Origin: Bacillota bacterium
GTDB lineage: Bacteria > Bacillota > Sulfobacillia > UBA8153
Direction: 5' to 3'
Length of the DNA: 48,433 bases
NCBI GenBank assembly: GCA_007130145.1
Contig: SLSY01000002.1
Coordinates: 1-48,433, forward strand
Both the position numbers and the translations under genes were made by a program. Shown here one piece after another: positions 1 through 11,696 of the stretch. Numbering within the stretch: position 1 is the stretch's first letter; every line of letters begins with the position of its first letter. Under the pieces are notes generated by a model. That model saw nothing but the letters and a program-made list of their open reading frames with translations. It was not told the origin of the DNA and ran no database searches.

Positions 1-220
1 CTGTACTATATGGATTACTTCTTCGGAGAGATGGAAAATGGCATACCGGAGACGCTTGTTAGCTTCTCTGCTGCCTGCAACGAGTGTCCTACGGACCTGT
101 TGTTCATCAAATGGGAAGGTTTCAAGTATGGTCACATGGGAGTAAGCGAAGCTGGCGGACAGTCAACCGCAATACGCACAACGGCCGAATCCTCGAAAGA
201 TCCTATGCCTCCCTTCCCCC

Positions 221-472
221 ATGAAGGCTGCGCACCATAGAAAAGCAGTCTTGCCCCAAACTGGATCCCATCACGACCTGCTCTTGTTAGAGAGCAGCTT
301 CAATATGCAAGGGTGGGTTGGGCAGAAGCAAGAAAGAGATGTGCTACAGCCGTTCTTGGGCCTGGGTCAGCTCGAGGAGTTCATGGATACTCTCAATGAA
401 TACCTTAGCTGGTATAATGAGAGGCTCAAGAGTCCCTCGCAGTGGCCATTTCGAGTGACACAGAGCCCATAG
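221..472 (+). pseudogene. Probable remnant of an IS3-family integrase-core C-terminus
   Basis: The last part of the ORF (LEEFMDTLNEYLSWYNERLKSPS) resembles the IS3 OrfB C-terminal EYI-WYN-R segment. The rest is unrecognisable. Confidence 0.35.
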
Positions 473-1240
473 GGAGTTCCCCCGGTTTGGTGGACACCAT
501 TGAGTGTGGTTTTTCAAGCACTCCCGTCGAGTTTCTCCTTGTACCACCTTTCTTCATAGGCTTCCGCCAATGAGATAGCCCAGGGCGGAATGTCTCCGAT
601 GCCGGTTGTAGAACGCCTCGATATACTCAGAGATCGCGGTCTGCAGCTTTCCTCGGGTCCGCCAAGTGCCCCGATCCAGCAGCTCGGTCTGCAGGGTGGT
701 CAAGAACTCTCGGCGGTCGCGTATCCAAGGCATCGCCCACACTACCCATGGACCCTACAATACCCAACGCTTGCAGCTGTCTTTCCCCGGGCCAATGCGG
801 TATACTGGCTCCCGTGATCCGAGTGGTGAATGAGCCCTGGGCCCGGACGACGGGCGCGAATCGCCATGTTGGTTGCCTGCAATACCAACTCCCTTCGCGG
901 TCGTTCTCCCCTTCCCCAGCCAACTACCCGGCGGGAGAAGTACACCACCACCGCCAGGTATAGCCACCCTTCCCCCGTGGAATGCTGGGTCAGGTCCGCC
1001 ACCCATAATCGATTCGGAGCCCTACGGGTGAAGTCCCGTCCGACATGGTCCGGATAGGCGGTGCGTCGGGCATCCCGGCGCGTGCAACCCCGGCGCCGAC
1101 GGCGGTCCACTCCCGCCAGTCCGGCTTGCCGCGTCAGCCGGGCTACCCGCTTCTGGGAACAACACAAACCCTGCGCCAGGCGGAGTTCGGCCCGAATCCG
1201 CGCAGCTCCGTAGGTTCCCCGGCATCGATCTCATGTTACT
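473..1240 (-). mobile_element. Truncated, frameshifted IS3-family insertion sequence (OrfB pseudogene plus right inverted repeat)
   Basis: Minus-strand fragments in three frames: KRVARLTRQAGL, APNRLWVADLT..GEGWLYLAVV..SRRVVGW, IHHSDHGSQYT / GIVGSMGSVGDALD / EYIEAFYNRHRRHSALGYL. IS3-like end TGTCCACCAAACCGGGGGAACTCC at 496-473. No OrfA or left end seen. Confidence 0.85.
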
Positions 1241-2365
1241 AAATCAGAGAGAACCGGGAACTGCCGGCGATGGGAGTTGGTGGGGTGCCACTTTTACGAT
1301 CAAACCCGTATCAAGAACTTCTGGGAAGAAGCCAGCCGCCATGGGTGGAGTCATTGCCGGTTGGATGGGAACACGCTGGTGGTCATCAACATAGACCGGG
1401 CGTCGTGGATTCAAAAAAGGAGTAGCCTTCTTCCTGCATACGATCTACCAAGCCGATGTCTTTCATGTGAAGAAAGCGGTGCGGAGCAAGATTCGGAATC
1501 CGACGCAGCGGCAAGCAGCATCCTCCGCAGAGAACCAGCAGCCTCAAACGTTGGAGAGGATTCCAGGCAAGTGGCGGCCGAGCGAACCAGTTCAGACCCG
1601 ACGGAAGAGGCTGGAGGACTCAGCCTGGGACCTCGGTGCATATGTGGGCCAATTCGAGGTAATCGCTCGCCCTCCCGCGTCAACAGAAGCACCGAACGCA
1701 AGGCGCTTTAGGGCATAGCGGATTGTGCCTCAAGCTTTAAATGCTAGGGGAGTGGTGGGTACTCGAGGGTAGGATGGAGACCCATGCCTTCCTTATGGAG
1801 ATGTTGTACGTAGGGCGCCGCCGGGCGCAGGAGGAGGTATGGTCCATCATGTCCGGAGCTGGAGAGGTGTTTCCGGCTACGGTGATTTGCACTTCGCTCA
1901 TATCGGTTAACGAAGCCTCCGGCGTTCTGGCAGAGCCCCGTTTGCACTGTCTGCAGACGGCGGATCAATAAGGCGATACATGCTTGGTGCCTTCCTTCCC
2001 CAACAGCACCCCGCAATCTGCACCTGAATTGTCAGGGCGTCTTACCCCCCTAGAAGTTCGCATCTTCGTCTCTAACAGGTATTCTGCCAAGCGTTTGTGG
2101 CCCCCGGGGGCTCTGCCTCTGGCCATGGGTCACGATCCAAGGTGGTTTTGGGGTCTTCTCTTGATGCCCCATCTCGTTGCCGGCAAGCATGCTTGACACC
2201 CATATCCTCGGTATCCACGCAACGTCATTCTTGTTCGATTCTCACATAGCGACAATTGCACTAATGGATGCGACCATTACGGGCATCTCATCCTGGGTTC
2301 GCCGAGCACCTTTTGCCCCTCTAACCGGCGGCCTCTTGTCGACCCGTTGCCCCCCAGTTGATTGT

Positions 2366-2830
2366 TTAGAACATGTCCTTCTTAAAGCTCTCCCGCGCCC
2401 TCCTGCGGGCTTCATCGCCCGTTTCCTTGCCGGTGAGCACTTCACTCTTGGCGGGGCGGTGATCCTTTTGGCGCACGGGTATCGACTGCTCCCTTTCTTC
2501 ACGATAGTCACAGCAGGGGCAGTCAAATACCGTCCGGCTCCTCCCCTCCTCAGAGGAAGTGGGAGCGACAAGCACCTCGCTGGAAGTCTTTATGTAGTCC
2601 CTGCACTCAGGACACCGCAGACGGAAAAACACCCGCGAAAGGACTAGGAAGATGATTCCTCCCAGGATCAGCAAGCTGATGCGAGTAATATGAGGCGCAG
2701 GATTTAGCAGGGGCTCATTCTGAGCATGGAGGGTCTGGGCTGCTGCCCATGAAGGCAGGAGAACCAGAAGCAACAAGCACATTACCAGAATCGGAAGGAC
2801 GTGTCCGTCCCTCTTTCGGCTCACGGTCAT
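2366..2830 (-). CDS. Hypothetical membrane protein with signal-like N-terminus, one TM segment and a C-terminal CxxC...CxxC zinc ribbon
   Basis: GAGGTG RBS before ATG at 2830; hydrophobic LLLLVLLPSWAAA and ISLLILGGIIFLVLS; CPEC and CPCC motifs. Confidence 0.6.
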   Translation of the reverse strand: MTVSRKRDGHVLPILVMCLLLLVLLPSWAAAQTLHAQNEPLLNPAPHITRISLLILGGIIFLVLSRVFFRLRCPECRDYIKTSSEVLVAPTSSEEGRSRTVFDCPCCDYREEREQSIPVRQKDHRPAKSEVLTGKETGDEARRRARESFKKDMF

Positions 2831-2915
2831 CACCTCGATATCTGTGTTTGCAGCAGTTCCGGTCTTGGGTTTGAGAGAACAGAAGCAAAAAGCGGGAACC
2901 GTCTCCCGCACTCCT

Positions 2916-3010
<95 letters not shown>

Positions 3011-3032
3011 CTATGACCATTTTACATGCCCT

Positions 3033-3061
3033 ATCATACCACAAGGTCTATACCGTATCAA
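3033..3061 (-). promoter_or_regulatory. SigA-like promoter of tRNA-Ser(GCT)
   Basis: TTGATA-17 bp-TATGAT with TG extension on the minus strand. Confidence 0.6.
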
Positions 3062-3085
3062 GACCGTCCTTTGCTGGGAATTGCT

Positions 3086-3175
3086 TGGCGGAGGGGGTGG
3101 GATTCGAACCCACGGAGGGCGCAAACCCTCAACAGTTTTCAAGACTGCCGCAATCAACCGCTCTGCCACCCCTCC
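3086..3175 (-). tRNA. tRNA-Ser(TGA)
   Basis: Reverse complement GGAGGGGTG...GCAGT-CT-TGA-AA-ACTGT, long variable arm, T-arm, ends GCCA. Confidence 0.97.
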
Positions 3176-3198
3176 GGACCGTCTCAATGTACGCTGCC

Positions 3199-3227
3199 AT
3201 GATAGCACAATTGCATAGCTCACGCAA
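3199..3227 (-). promoter_or_regulatory. SigA-like promoter of tRNA-Ser(TGA)
   Basis: TTGCGT-17 bp-TATCAT with TG extension on the minus strand. Confidence 0.55.
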
Positions 3228-3233
3228 TGTAAC

Positions 3234-4274
3234 TCAGGTCGCGAACACTTCTGTCATCTTTGATCGCGATGGTGCCGTAATCAGGCCTCGATCGGTAATC
3301 AGCGCCGTGATGTATTCAGCCGGGGTTACATCGAAGGCAGGGTTATAGACCTTGACCTCAGCGGGCGCCACAACCAGTGCGCCGACTTGGCGGACTTCGT
3401 CCGCCTGTCTCTGTTCAATCACGATCTCTTCGCCGCTGGCCAGTTCCATATCCACGGTGGAAGTAGGTGCTGCTACATAGAAAGGTATGTTATGTGCGCG
3501 GGCCAACACGGCCAAACCATAGGTTCCAATCTTATTGGCAACGTCACCATTGGCAGCGATACGATCGGCTCCAACGATAACCACATCGACCTTGCGTTGC
3601 TGCATCAAATGTCCCACCATGCCGTCGGTAACCAGTGTCACCGCTATACCGTCCTGCATCAGTTCCCAGGTGGTAAGACGCGCTCCCTGCAATAGCGGCC
3701 TTGTTTCCGACGCATAGACATGCAGGTTTCGACCCTTGGCATGGGCAGCACGAATCACGCCCAGGGCCGTTCCCCAACCCGAAGTAGCCAGAGCACCGGC
3801 GTTGCAGTGTGTGAGTATGTTGGCACCGTCGGCCACCAGCTCTTGACCGTGTTCTCCCATGGCCCGGTTCATGGCCAAATCCTCTTGCGCCATGCAGTAG
3901 GCCTCTTTCCAGAGGCGCTCCAGCAACTCCTCGCCCTGCTTGACCGCCTCGTTGGCAACACGCAACATGCGGCGGCAAGCCCAGGCCAAATTCACCGCAG
4001 TGGGCCTGGTTGCTTCCAGGTCTTTGGCCGCCTGCGCGAGAAAAGTTAGTCTATCCTCGCCAGGAGGCACCTGACGCACAGCTAAGACCATCCCATAAGC
4101 GGCAGCAATACCGATGGCAGGCGCCCCGCGCACGGCCAGCACGGAAATGGCATCGGCCACATCCTGGTAGGTGGTGCAAACCAGGTAGTTCTCTTTCCCG
4201 GGCAATAAGCGCTGATCCAACAGGAGCAATCGGTCCTCCCGCCATTGTATCGGCGTGGTAATGTGACTGTTCAT
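3234..4274 (-). CDS. mtnA: S-methyl-5-thioribose-1-phosphate isomerase
   Basis: LLDQRLLP, VRGAPAIG, TRPTAVNL, THCNAGALAT, ETRPLLQGARLT, GADRIAANGDVANKIGTY, NPAFDVTP. Confidence 0.95.
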   Translation of the reverse strand: MNSHITTPIQWREDRLLLLDQRLLPGKENYLVCTTYQDVADAISVLAVRGAPAIGIAAAYGMVLAVRQVPPGEDRLTFLAQAAKDLEATRPTAVNLAWACRRMLRVANEAVKQGEELLERLWKEAYCMAQEDLAMNRAMGEHGQELVADGANILTHCNAGALATSGWGTALGVIRAAHAKGRNLHVYASETRPLLQGARLTTWELMQDGIAVTLVTDGMVGHLMQQRKVDVVIVGADRIAANGDVANKIGTYGLAVLARAHNIPFYVAAPTSTVDMELASGEEIVIEQRQADEVRQVGALVVAPAEVKVYNPAFDVTPAEYITALITDRGLITAPSRSKMTEVFAT

Positions 4275-5072
4275 CTACCTTGCCGCCTTTAGTATGCCGC
4301 TGCAATCGCAGTGGCGTTCCGCCGGCATCGTAGCAATGAGTTCCATCAGAAGCGAACGGAGTTTCTCGTTGTTATCCTGAAACACGCGAAGAACGTCTCC
4401 GTGGGTTACGGGAGTGATATCCTCTCTTCCCGCCAAACCGACATCGTAGTCGGTGATCAAGGAAATGTTGAGATAACACATGCCGCACTCCAGAGCCAAC
4501 ACCACTTCAGGATACTGGGTCATATTAATGACTTCCCACCCCTGCCCAGAGAACCAGCGGCTTTCCGACCGAGTAGAGAAGCGAGGTCCTTGAATGACCA
4601 CCACAGTCCCTCCGACCTTAACCGGAATGGCCAGTTTATCCGCAGCTAGCGCGGCCTGCTCCCGCATCTCCTGACAGTAGGGTTCTGCTGCGCTGATATG
4701 CGTGGTAATAGGTCCATCATAAAAGGTATCTTTACGACCGGACGTGCGGTCGACGAATTGATCGCACAACACAAACTGGCCGGGCTTGACGTCAGGGTGT
4801 AGGCTGCCAGCAGCACAGGGCCCGATCATGCGCTCCACACCGAGAGCCTTCATGGCCCAGACGTTGGCACGATAGTTGATCATGTGGGGCGGCAGTGAGT
4901 GATCTCGCCCATGGCGAGGGAGAAATGCTACCTTCTTGTCGGCTATAGTAGCGATAGCAATGGCATCGCTCGGTGCGCCGTAAGGCGTATCCAGCACGAC
5001 TTCCTTGACATCCTCAACCAGCTGATAAAACCCACTACCACCGAAAACACCGATTTGCGCTTGATCCTTCAT
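4275..5072 (-). CDS. mtnP: S-methyl-5'-thioadenosine phosphorylase (MTAP)
   Basis: IGVFGGSG, PRHGRDH..PPH.INYRAN, QGPRFSTRSES, NMT..PE..LA, ITDYD; adjacent to mtnA. Confidence 0.92.
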   Translation of the reverse strand: MKDQAQIGVFGGSGFYQLVEDVKEVVLDTPYGAPSDAIAIATIADKKVAFLPRHGRDHSLPPHMINYRANVWAMKALGVERMIGPCAAGSLHPDVKPGQFVLCDQFVDRTSGRKDTFYDGPITTHISAAEPYCQEMREQAALAADKLAIPVKVGGTVVVIQGPRFSTRSESRWFSGQGWEVINMTQYPEVVLALECGMCYLNISLITDYDVGLAGREDITPVTHGDVLRVFQDNNEKLRSLLMELIATMPAERHCDCSGILKAAR

Positions 5073-5094
5073 GATAAACCCCCATCCGTTGCTC

Positions 5095-6552
5095 CTATCC
5101 TTTGACGACGCCCAACGGCCTGAGCCTGGCCACTATACGGGAGATTCCGGCTTGTTCCACCGTCGTTACTACCGTATGTACATCCTTGTAAGCATCGGGT
5201 GCTTCTTCGGCCAGGGATGCCGCCGATCCGGCCCGGACAAAAATGCCGCGGCTGGCTAAATCCTTCTTTAACTGGCGACCATCAACCCTCTTTTTGGCGG
5301 CCGTGCGGCTCATCCGGCGACCCGCCCCATGGCAGGTGGAACCGAAGGTCTCTTCCATGGCTCGCTGCGTTCCCAAGAGGACGTAGGATGCCGTGCCCAT
5401 ATCACCGGGGACCAACACCGGCTGGCCCCATTCCCGGTACCGGGCAGGCACTTCGGGACGTCCGGGTCCAAAAGCACGGGTTGCACCCTTGCGATGTACG
5501 CAAAGGTCCTGCATCTCTCCATCGACAGTGTGTGTCTCTCGCTTGGCAATATTGTGGGCCACATCATAAACCAATTTCAGCCTGCATTCTCCCGCGCTTT
5601 GATGCAATGCCCGGGCTACAGCCTGTCTCACCCAGTGGGTCATGATCTGCCGGTTGGCCCAGGCATAATTGGCCGCGGCCGCCATGGCAGCAAAGTAATC
5701 TTGTCCTTCTTGACTCGCCAGAGGTGCACAGGCCAGCTGCCGGTCCGGGATCTTGATGTCGTACTTTTTCACCGCGCTCCCCATGACATTCAAAAAGTCC
5801 GAGCAGACCTGGTGACCCAACCCGCGCGAACCGGAATGAACCATGAAAACCACCTGATCGGGGAACAGATCCAGAGCGCGTGCACCCTTGTCATCAAACA
5901 CTTCATCCACGATACCCATTTCCAAGAAGTGATTCCCGGAACCAAGCGTGCCCTGTTGAGATAGACCTCGTTTGCGAGCCCGTTGGGAAAGAGCAGTCTC
6001 TTGCGCCCCTTCCATGCAGCCACCTTCCTCGCAGTATTCCAGGTCATCGGGCTCTCCGTATCCTTCTTCCACGGCCCAATGTGCACCCTTCTCTAGCACT
6101 CGCTTTAGCGCCGATGCATCCAAGCGCAATGGCCCGCGTGATCCCACGCCCGAGGGAATGCTGGTGTAGAGTTCGTTCACCACGGCTTCGGCATGCTTTG
6201 ACACCTCATCCTTGGTCAGATCCGAGCGCAGAAGCCGCACGCCACAGTTTATGTCATAGCCAATTCCGCCGGGAACGATAACGCCGTCCCGGGCATCGGT
6301 GGCAGCCACGCCACCAATGGAAAAGCCGTACCCATAGTGAATGTCGGGCATCGCCAGTGAGGCTTTTACGATCCCGGGCAGGCTCGCCACGTGGGCTACT
6401 TGTTCCGGGGCCTGGTCTTGCCGGAGGGCATCAAGCATGTCCTCATGGGCATAGATCAGCCCGGGCACGCGCATGAAGTCCCGGTACGTCTCCGGAATGC
6501 GCCACCGACATGTGCCTGCCGGTTCCAGTGGTCCGTGCCAACGTTGACTCAT
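5095..6552 (-). CDS. rtcB: RNA-splicing/repair ligase RtcB
   Basis: MPDIHYGYGFSIGGV, YDINCGVRL, GTLGSGNHFLE, HSGSRG, VAHN, HRKGATRAF, STCHGAGR, RLRPLGVVKG. Start ATG 6552 follows a GGAGGGG RBS. Confidence 0.96.
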   Translation of the reverse strand: MSQRWHGPLEPAGTCRWRIPETYRDFMRVPGLIYAHEDMLDALRQDQAPEQVAHVASLPGIVKASLAMPDIHYGYGFSIGGVAATDARDGVIVPGGIGYDINCGVRLLRSDLTKDEVSKHAEAVVNELYTSIPSGVGSRGPLRLDASALKRVLEKGAHWAVEEGYGEPDDLEYCEEGGCMEGAQETALSQRARKRGLSQQGTLGSGNHFLEMGIVDEVFDDKGARALDLFPDQVVFMVHSGSRGLGHQVCSDFLNVMGSAVKKYDIKIPDRQLACAPLASQEGQDYFAAMAAAANYAWANRQIMTHWVRQAVARALHQSAGECRLKLVYDVAHNIAKRETHTVDGEMQDLCVHRKGATRAFGPGRPEVPARYREWGQPVLVPGDMGTASYVLLGTQRAMEETFGSTCHGAGRRMSRTAAKKRVDGRQLKKDLASRGIFVRAGSAASLAEEAPDAYKDVHTVVTTVEQAGISRIVARLRPLGVVKG

Positions 6553-6573
6553 TCCTACCCCTCCTTCCGGCAT

Positions 6574-6984
6574 CTAAAGGTCAAACACAACTTCAATCAG
6601 ATGGTCCTCCACCACCAAATCGTGATAGGTAGCCGCCTTGATCTCATAGGCGGGCGGCGTCTGGGCTTCTTGCCACTCCAGAATGAAGGTGAGGCCTCGG
6701 TCACTTACGGCGAGCACGTTTACCGCCGTAGGGTGGATGAGTTCTTCTTCGATCCAATAGAGCAGTTCATTGAGGAAATTCACGACCAGGCTCGCGCGGT
6801 CCCATGCCTCGACGGACAATGTTCGCCGGTTCTTCTCGCCTGCAGGTGCCGCATCATAGAGGATGTCAAATAAGCCCCCGGCCAGATGACGCAGGGTCAG
6901 CGCGAAGCTGTCTCCCCGCGCCCTGATCTTCACGTCTGCCGTGTGTTCCAGGAGTGTGTAATGGTCCCGGTCCGAATCAATCAC
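6574..6984 (-). CDS. Archease (RtcB activator)
   Basis: N-terminal EHTADV, central LVVNFLNELLY, C-terminal EIKAATYH...VVFDL; immediately upstream of rtcB. Confidence 0.92.
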   Translation of the reverse strand: MIDSDRDHYTLLEHTADVKIRARGDSFALTLRHLAGGLFDILYDAAPAGEKNRRTLSVEAWDRASLVVNFLNELLYWIEEELIHPTAVNVLAVSDRGLTFILEWQEAQTPPAYEIKAATYHDLVVEDHLIEVVFDL

Positions 6985-9403
6985 GTGCCTCTTCCTTCGC
7001 GGCCAGCGTCGCTACGGCTACCACTTCGTCCCCTTCATCCATGCGCATCACTCGCACCCCCTGAGTGGCACGATGTCGTACTCCCACGCCCGCCACAGGC
7101 TGGCGAATGATATTGCCCGAGACAGAGACCAACATAACTTCGTCATCATCGCACACCAGCCGCGCTCCCACTACATGACCGGTGCGTGGTGTCAGGCTAA
7201 TAGCCTTGATCCCCCGTCCGCCCCGGGACTGGCTACGGTATTCGCTGATGGGCGTGCGCTTCCCAATGCCTTTGTTGGTTACCACCAACAGGTCCTTGTC
7301 CTCCACGACCACGGCTGCACTCACGACCCTGTCATCGGGATCCAAGCGCATGCCAATGACGCCCCGAGCGGGACGACCCATGTTGCGCACCTGCTCTTCG
7401 GGGAAGCGAATCGATTGACCCTTTTGCGATACCAAGCTGATCTCGGCTTTGCCCTTGGTAAGATGTACGCTGACCAGCTCGTCGCCCTCGTCCAGACTGA
7501 TGGCCACCATACCCGAACGGCGAATCGCCGCAAATTGCTTCAGGTCGGTCTTCTTCACGATTCCCCGCTTGGTGGTGAAGAACAGGTTGGCGCCTTCCTC
7601 AAAATTCCTCACGGGAATGACGGCGTTGATTTCCTCTCCGACGTCCAACGGTATCAGGTTGATGGCAGCCGTACCCTTGGCATGGCGACCCGCTTCAGGT
7701 ATCTCATGCACCCGAATGCGATGGGTCCGACCCGTATTGGTGAAGAAGTACAGATAATGATGGGTCGTGGTGATGAATATATTCTCCACGAAGTCCTTAG
7801 CACGGGTACTGACGCCGACAATGCCGCGTCCGCCCCGTTTCTGGCTACGGTAGGTGCTAGTGGGCAGGCGCTTGAGGTAGTTCAGGTGTGTCATGGAAAT
7901 GACTACCTCTTCATCGGGGATCAAATCTTCCAGCTGAATCTCACCTTCTGCTTCCACGATGCGCGTCCTGCGCTCATCACCGTATCGTTCGCGAATATCC
8001 TTGAGTTCCTTGACTATGATGGCATAAACCATGCGCTCAGAAGCCAGTACAGCCCGGAGATACTCCATGGTCTCCCGCAACTGCTGATACTCGTTCTCCA
8101 CTTTGTCCCGTTCCAGTCCAGTAAGGCGCTGCAAGCGCATCTCCAATATGGCCTGGGCCTGAATCTCCGTCAGAGAAAACTCCTCCATCAGGCCTTGGCG
8201 GGCTTCGTCCACCGTTTGGGAAGCGCGAATCAAGGAGATGATCCGGTCCAAGTTGTCCAGAGCAATGCGCAGACCCTCCAGAATATGAGCGCGTGCTTCC
8301 GCTTTCTTCAGGTCGTAACGTGCCCGGCGAATGATGATTTCTTTTTGATATTCGAGATAATGATGGAGCATCTGCCGTAGCGTCAGGACGCGAGGCTGCC
8401 GATCCACCAGCGCCAGCATGATAACTCCGAACGTCTGTTGCAGGGGCGTGTGCTTGTACAATTGATTGAGCAACACATTGGGATTGACATCGCGCCGGAG
8501 TTCAATGACCAGTCGCACCCCTTGCCGATCCGACTCGTCTCTTAGATCCGTGATGCCCTCCACTTTCTTGTCGCGCGCCAGATCGGCGATGCGCTCCACC
8601 AGCCGCGCTTTATTGACCTGATATGGCATTTCCGTCACCACAATGCGCTGCCGGTTTCCCTCCATGGGTTCAATGCCAGCTACAGCTCGCATGGTGATAA
8701 TGCCGCGACCGGTGCGATACGCGTCTTCTATCCCGTCGCGGCCCACGATCAAGGCTCCGGTGGGGAAGTCTGGGCCCTTGATGGTCTGCAAGAGCTCATC
8801 ATCGGACAGGTCCGGGTTATCTATCATAAGCGATATGCCGTCAATGAGCTCCCTCAGGTTGTGAGGAGGGATCTTGGTGGCCATGCCTACGGCAATGCCC
8901 TCAGAACCGTTGGCCAAAAGATGGGGAAAACGGCTGGGCAGAACGTCGGGTTCTTCCAGAGTATCGTCGAAGTTGGGAGCAAAATCCACCGTTTCTTTCT
9001 CGATGTCCAGTAGCAGCTGGGTAGCCAGCGACGTTAGCCGGCACTCGGTATAACGCATGGCCGCGGCTGCGTCCCCGTCCATGGAGCCGAAGTTGCCGTG
9101 CCCGTCCACCAGCAGGTAGCGGACGTTGAAATCTTGTGCCAACCGGACCATAGCATCATAGACCGAGCGGTCGTTGTGCGGGTGGAATTTACCCAACACT
9201 TCACCGACAATACGCGCGCTCTTGCGGTGAGGCCGGTCCGGAAGCATATTGAGCTCATTCATGGCATAGAGGATCCGGCGCTGCACCGGTTTTAGACCAT
9301 CGCGAACATCGGGAAGAGCACGACTAAAGATGACGCTCATGGCATAGTCGATGTAAGAGCGCTGCATTTCCTCTTCGATGGGAATGGGGGTAATCTTACT
9401 CAA
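6977..9403 (-). CDS. gyrA: DNA gyrase subunit A
   Basis: [16 protein letters not shown], catalytic AAMRYTE, GyrA-box QKRGGRG, pinwheel CTD repeats. Confidence 0.98.
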   Translation of the reverse strand: MSKITPIPIEEEMQRSYIDYAMSVIFSRALPDVRDGLKPVQRRILYAMNELNMLPDRPHRKSARIVGEVLGKFHPHNDRSVYDAMVRLAQDFNVRYLLVDGHGNFGSMDGDAAAAMRYTECRLTSLATQLLLDIEKETVDFAPNFDDTLEEPDVLPSRFPHLLANGSEGIAVGMATKIPPHNLRELIDGISLMIDNPDLSDDELLQTIKGPDFPTGALIVGRDGIEDAYRTGRGIITMRAVAGIEPMEGNRQRIVVTEMPYQVNKARLVERIADLARDKKVEGITDLRDESDRQGVRLVIELRRDVNPNVLLNQLYKHTPLQQTFGVIMLALVDRQPRVLTLRQMLHHYLEYQKEIIIRRARYDLKKAEARAHILEGLRIALDNLDRIISLIRASQTVDEARQGLMEEFSLTEIQAQAILEMRLQRLTGLERDKVENEYQQLRETMEYLRAVLASERMVYAIIVKELKDIRERYGDERRTRIVEAEGEIQLEDLIPDEEVVISMTHLNYLKRLPTSTYRSQKRGGRGIVGVSTRAKDFVENIFITTTHHYLYFFTNTGRTHRIRVHEIPEAGRHAKGTAAINLIPLDVGEEINAVIPVRNFEEGANLFFTTKRGIVKKTDLKQFAAIRRSGMVAISLDEGDELVSVHLTKGKAEISLVSQKGQSIRFPEEQVRNMGRPARGVIGMRLDPDDRVVSAAVVVEDKDLLVVTNKGIGKRTPISEYRSQSRGGRGIKAISLTPRTGHVVGARLVCDDDEVMLVSVSGNIIRQPVAGVGVRHRATQGVRVMRMDEGDEVVAVATLAAKEEARD

Positions 9404-9426
9404 GCCTTCACACCTCTTCTATAACC

Positions 9427-11361
<1,935 letters not shown>

Positions 11362-11379
11362 CTAAGGAGAACCTATGGT

Positions 11380-11634
11380 TTACTCCAACCAGCTATGATC
11401 TTGAATCCTTCGTCTCAAAGTAGCCGAGGATATGGGAGAAAGATATACGGAATGGGTGCTAAGAATCATGGATTTCATGTCTTCACCGTCGCCCACTCTG
11501 CGCAGATTCCTGTCCTCTTGAGCCCGTTTGATGAAGGCTTGATTGATCGGCAGGCGAGCAATATTCCGCAAATCGACAATGCAGAATATCTCTTCCAACG
11601 GTAAGCTGATATCACCGCCCACGTGCAAGTACAT
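11380..11634 (-). CDS. remB: DUF370 family extracellular matrix regulator RemB (YaaB-like)
   Basis: MYLHVGGD...KSMILS...VYLSPISSATLRRR; conserved recF-gyrB position; RBS GGAGG. Confidence 0.85.
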   Translation of the reverse strand: MYLHVGGDISLPLEEIFCIVDLRNIARLPINQAFIKRAQEDRNLRRVGDGEDMKSMILSTHSVYLSPISSATLRRRIQDHSWLE

Positions 11635-11664
11635 ACCTTCCTCCTCCATAGCTTAACATGTTTG

Positions 11665-11693
11665 ATTATATCATTAAATACACGAACATACAA
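11665..11693 (-). promoter_or_regulatory. SigA-like promoter upstream of remB-gyrB
   Basis: TTGTAT-17 bp-TATAAT with TG extension on the minus strand. Confidence 0.6.
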
Positions 11694-11696
11694 TCG

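Noticed and set aside
1741-1971. AFLMEMLYVGRR reminiscent of tyrosine recombinase box I
   Set aside because: Too short and no other catalytic motifs; cannot be supported.
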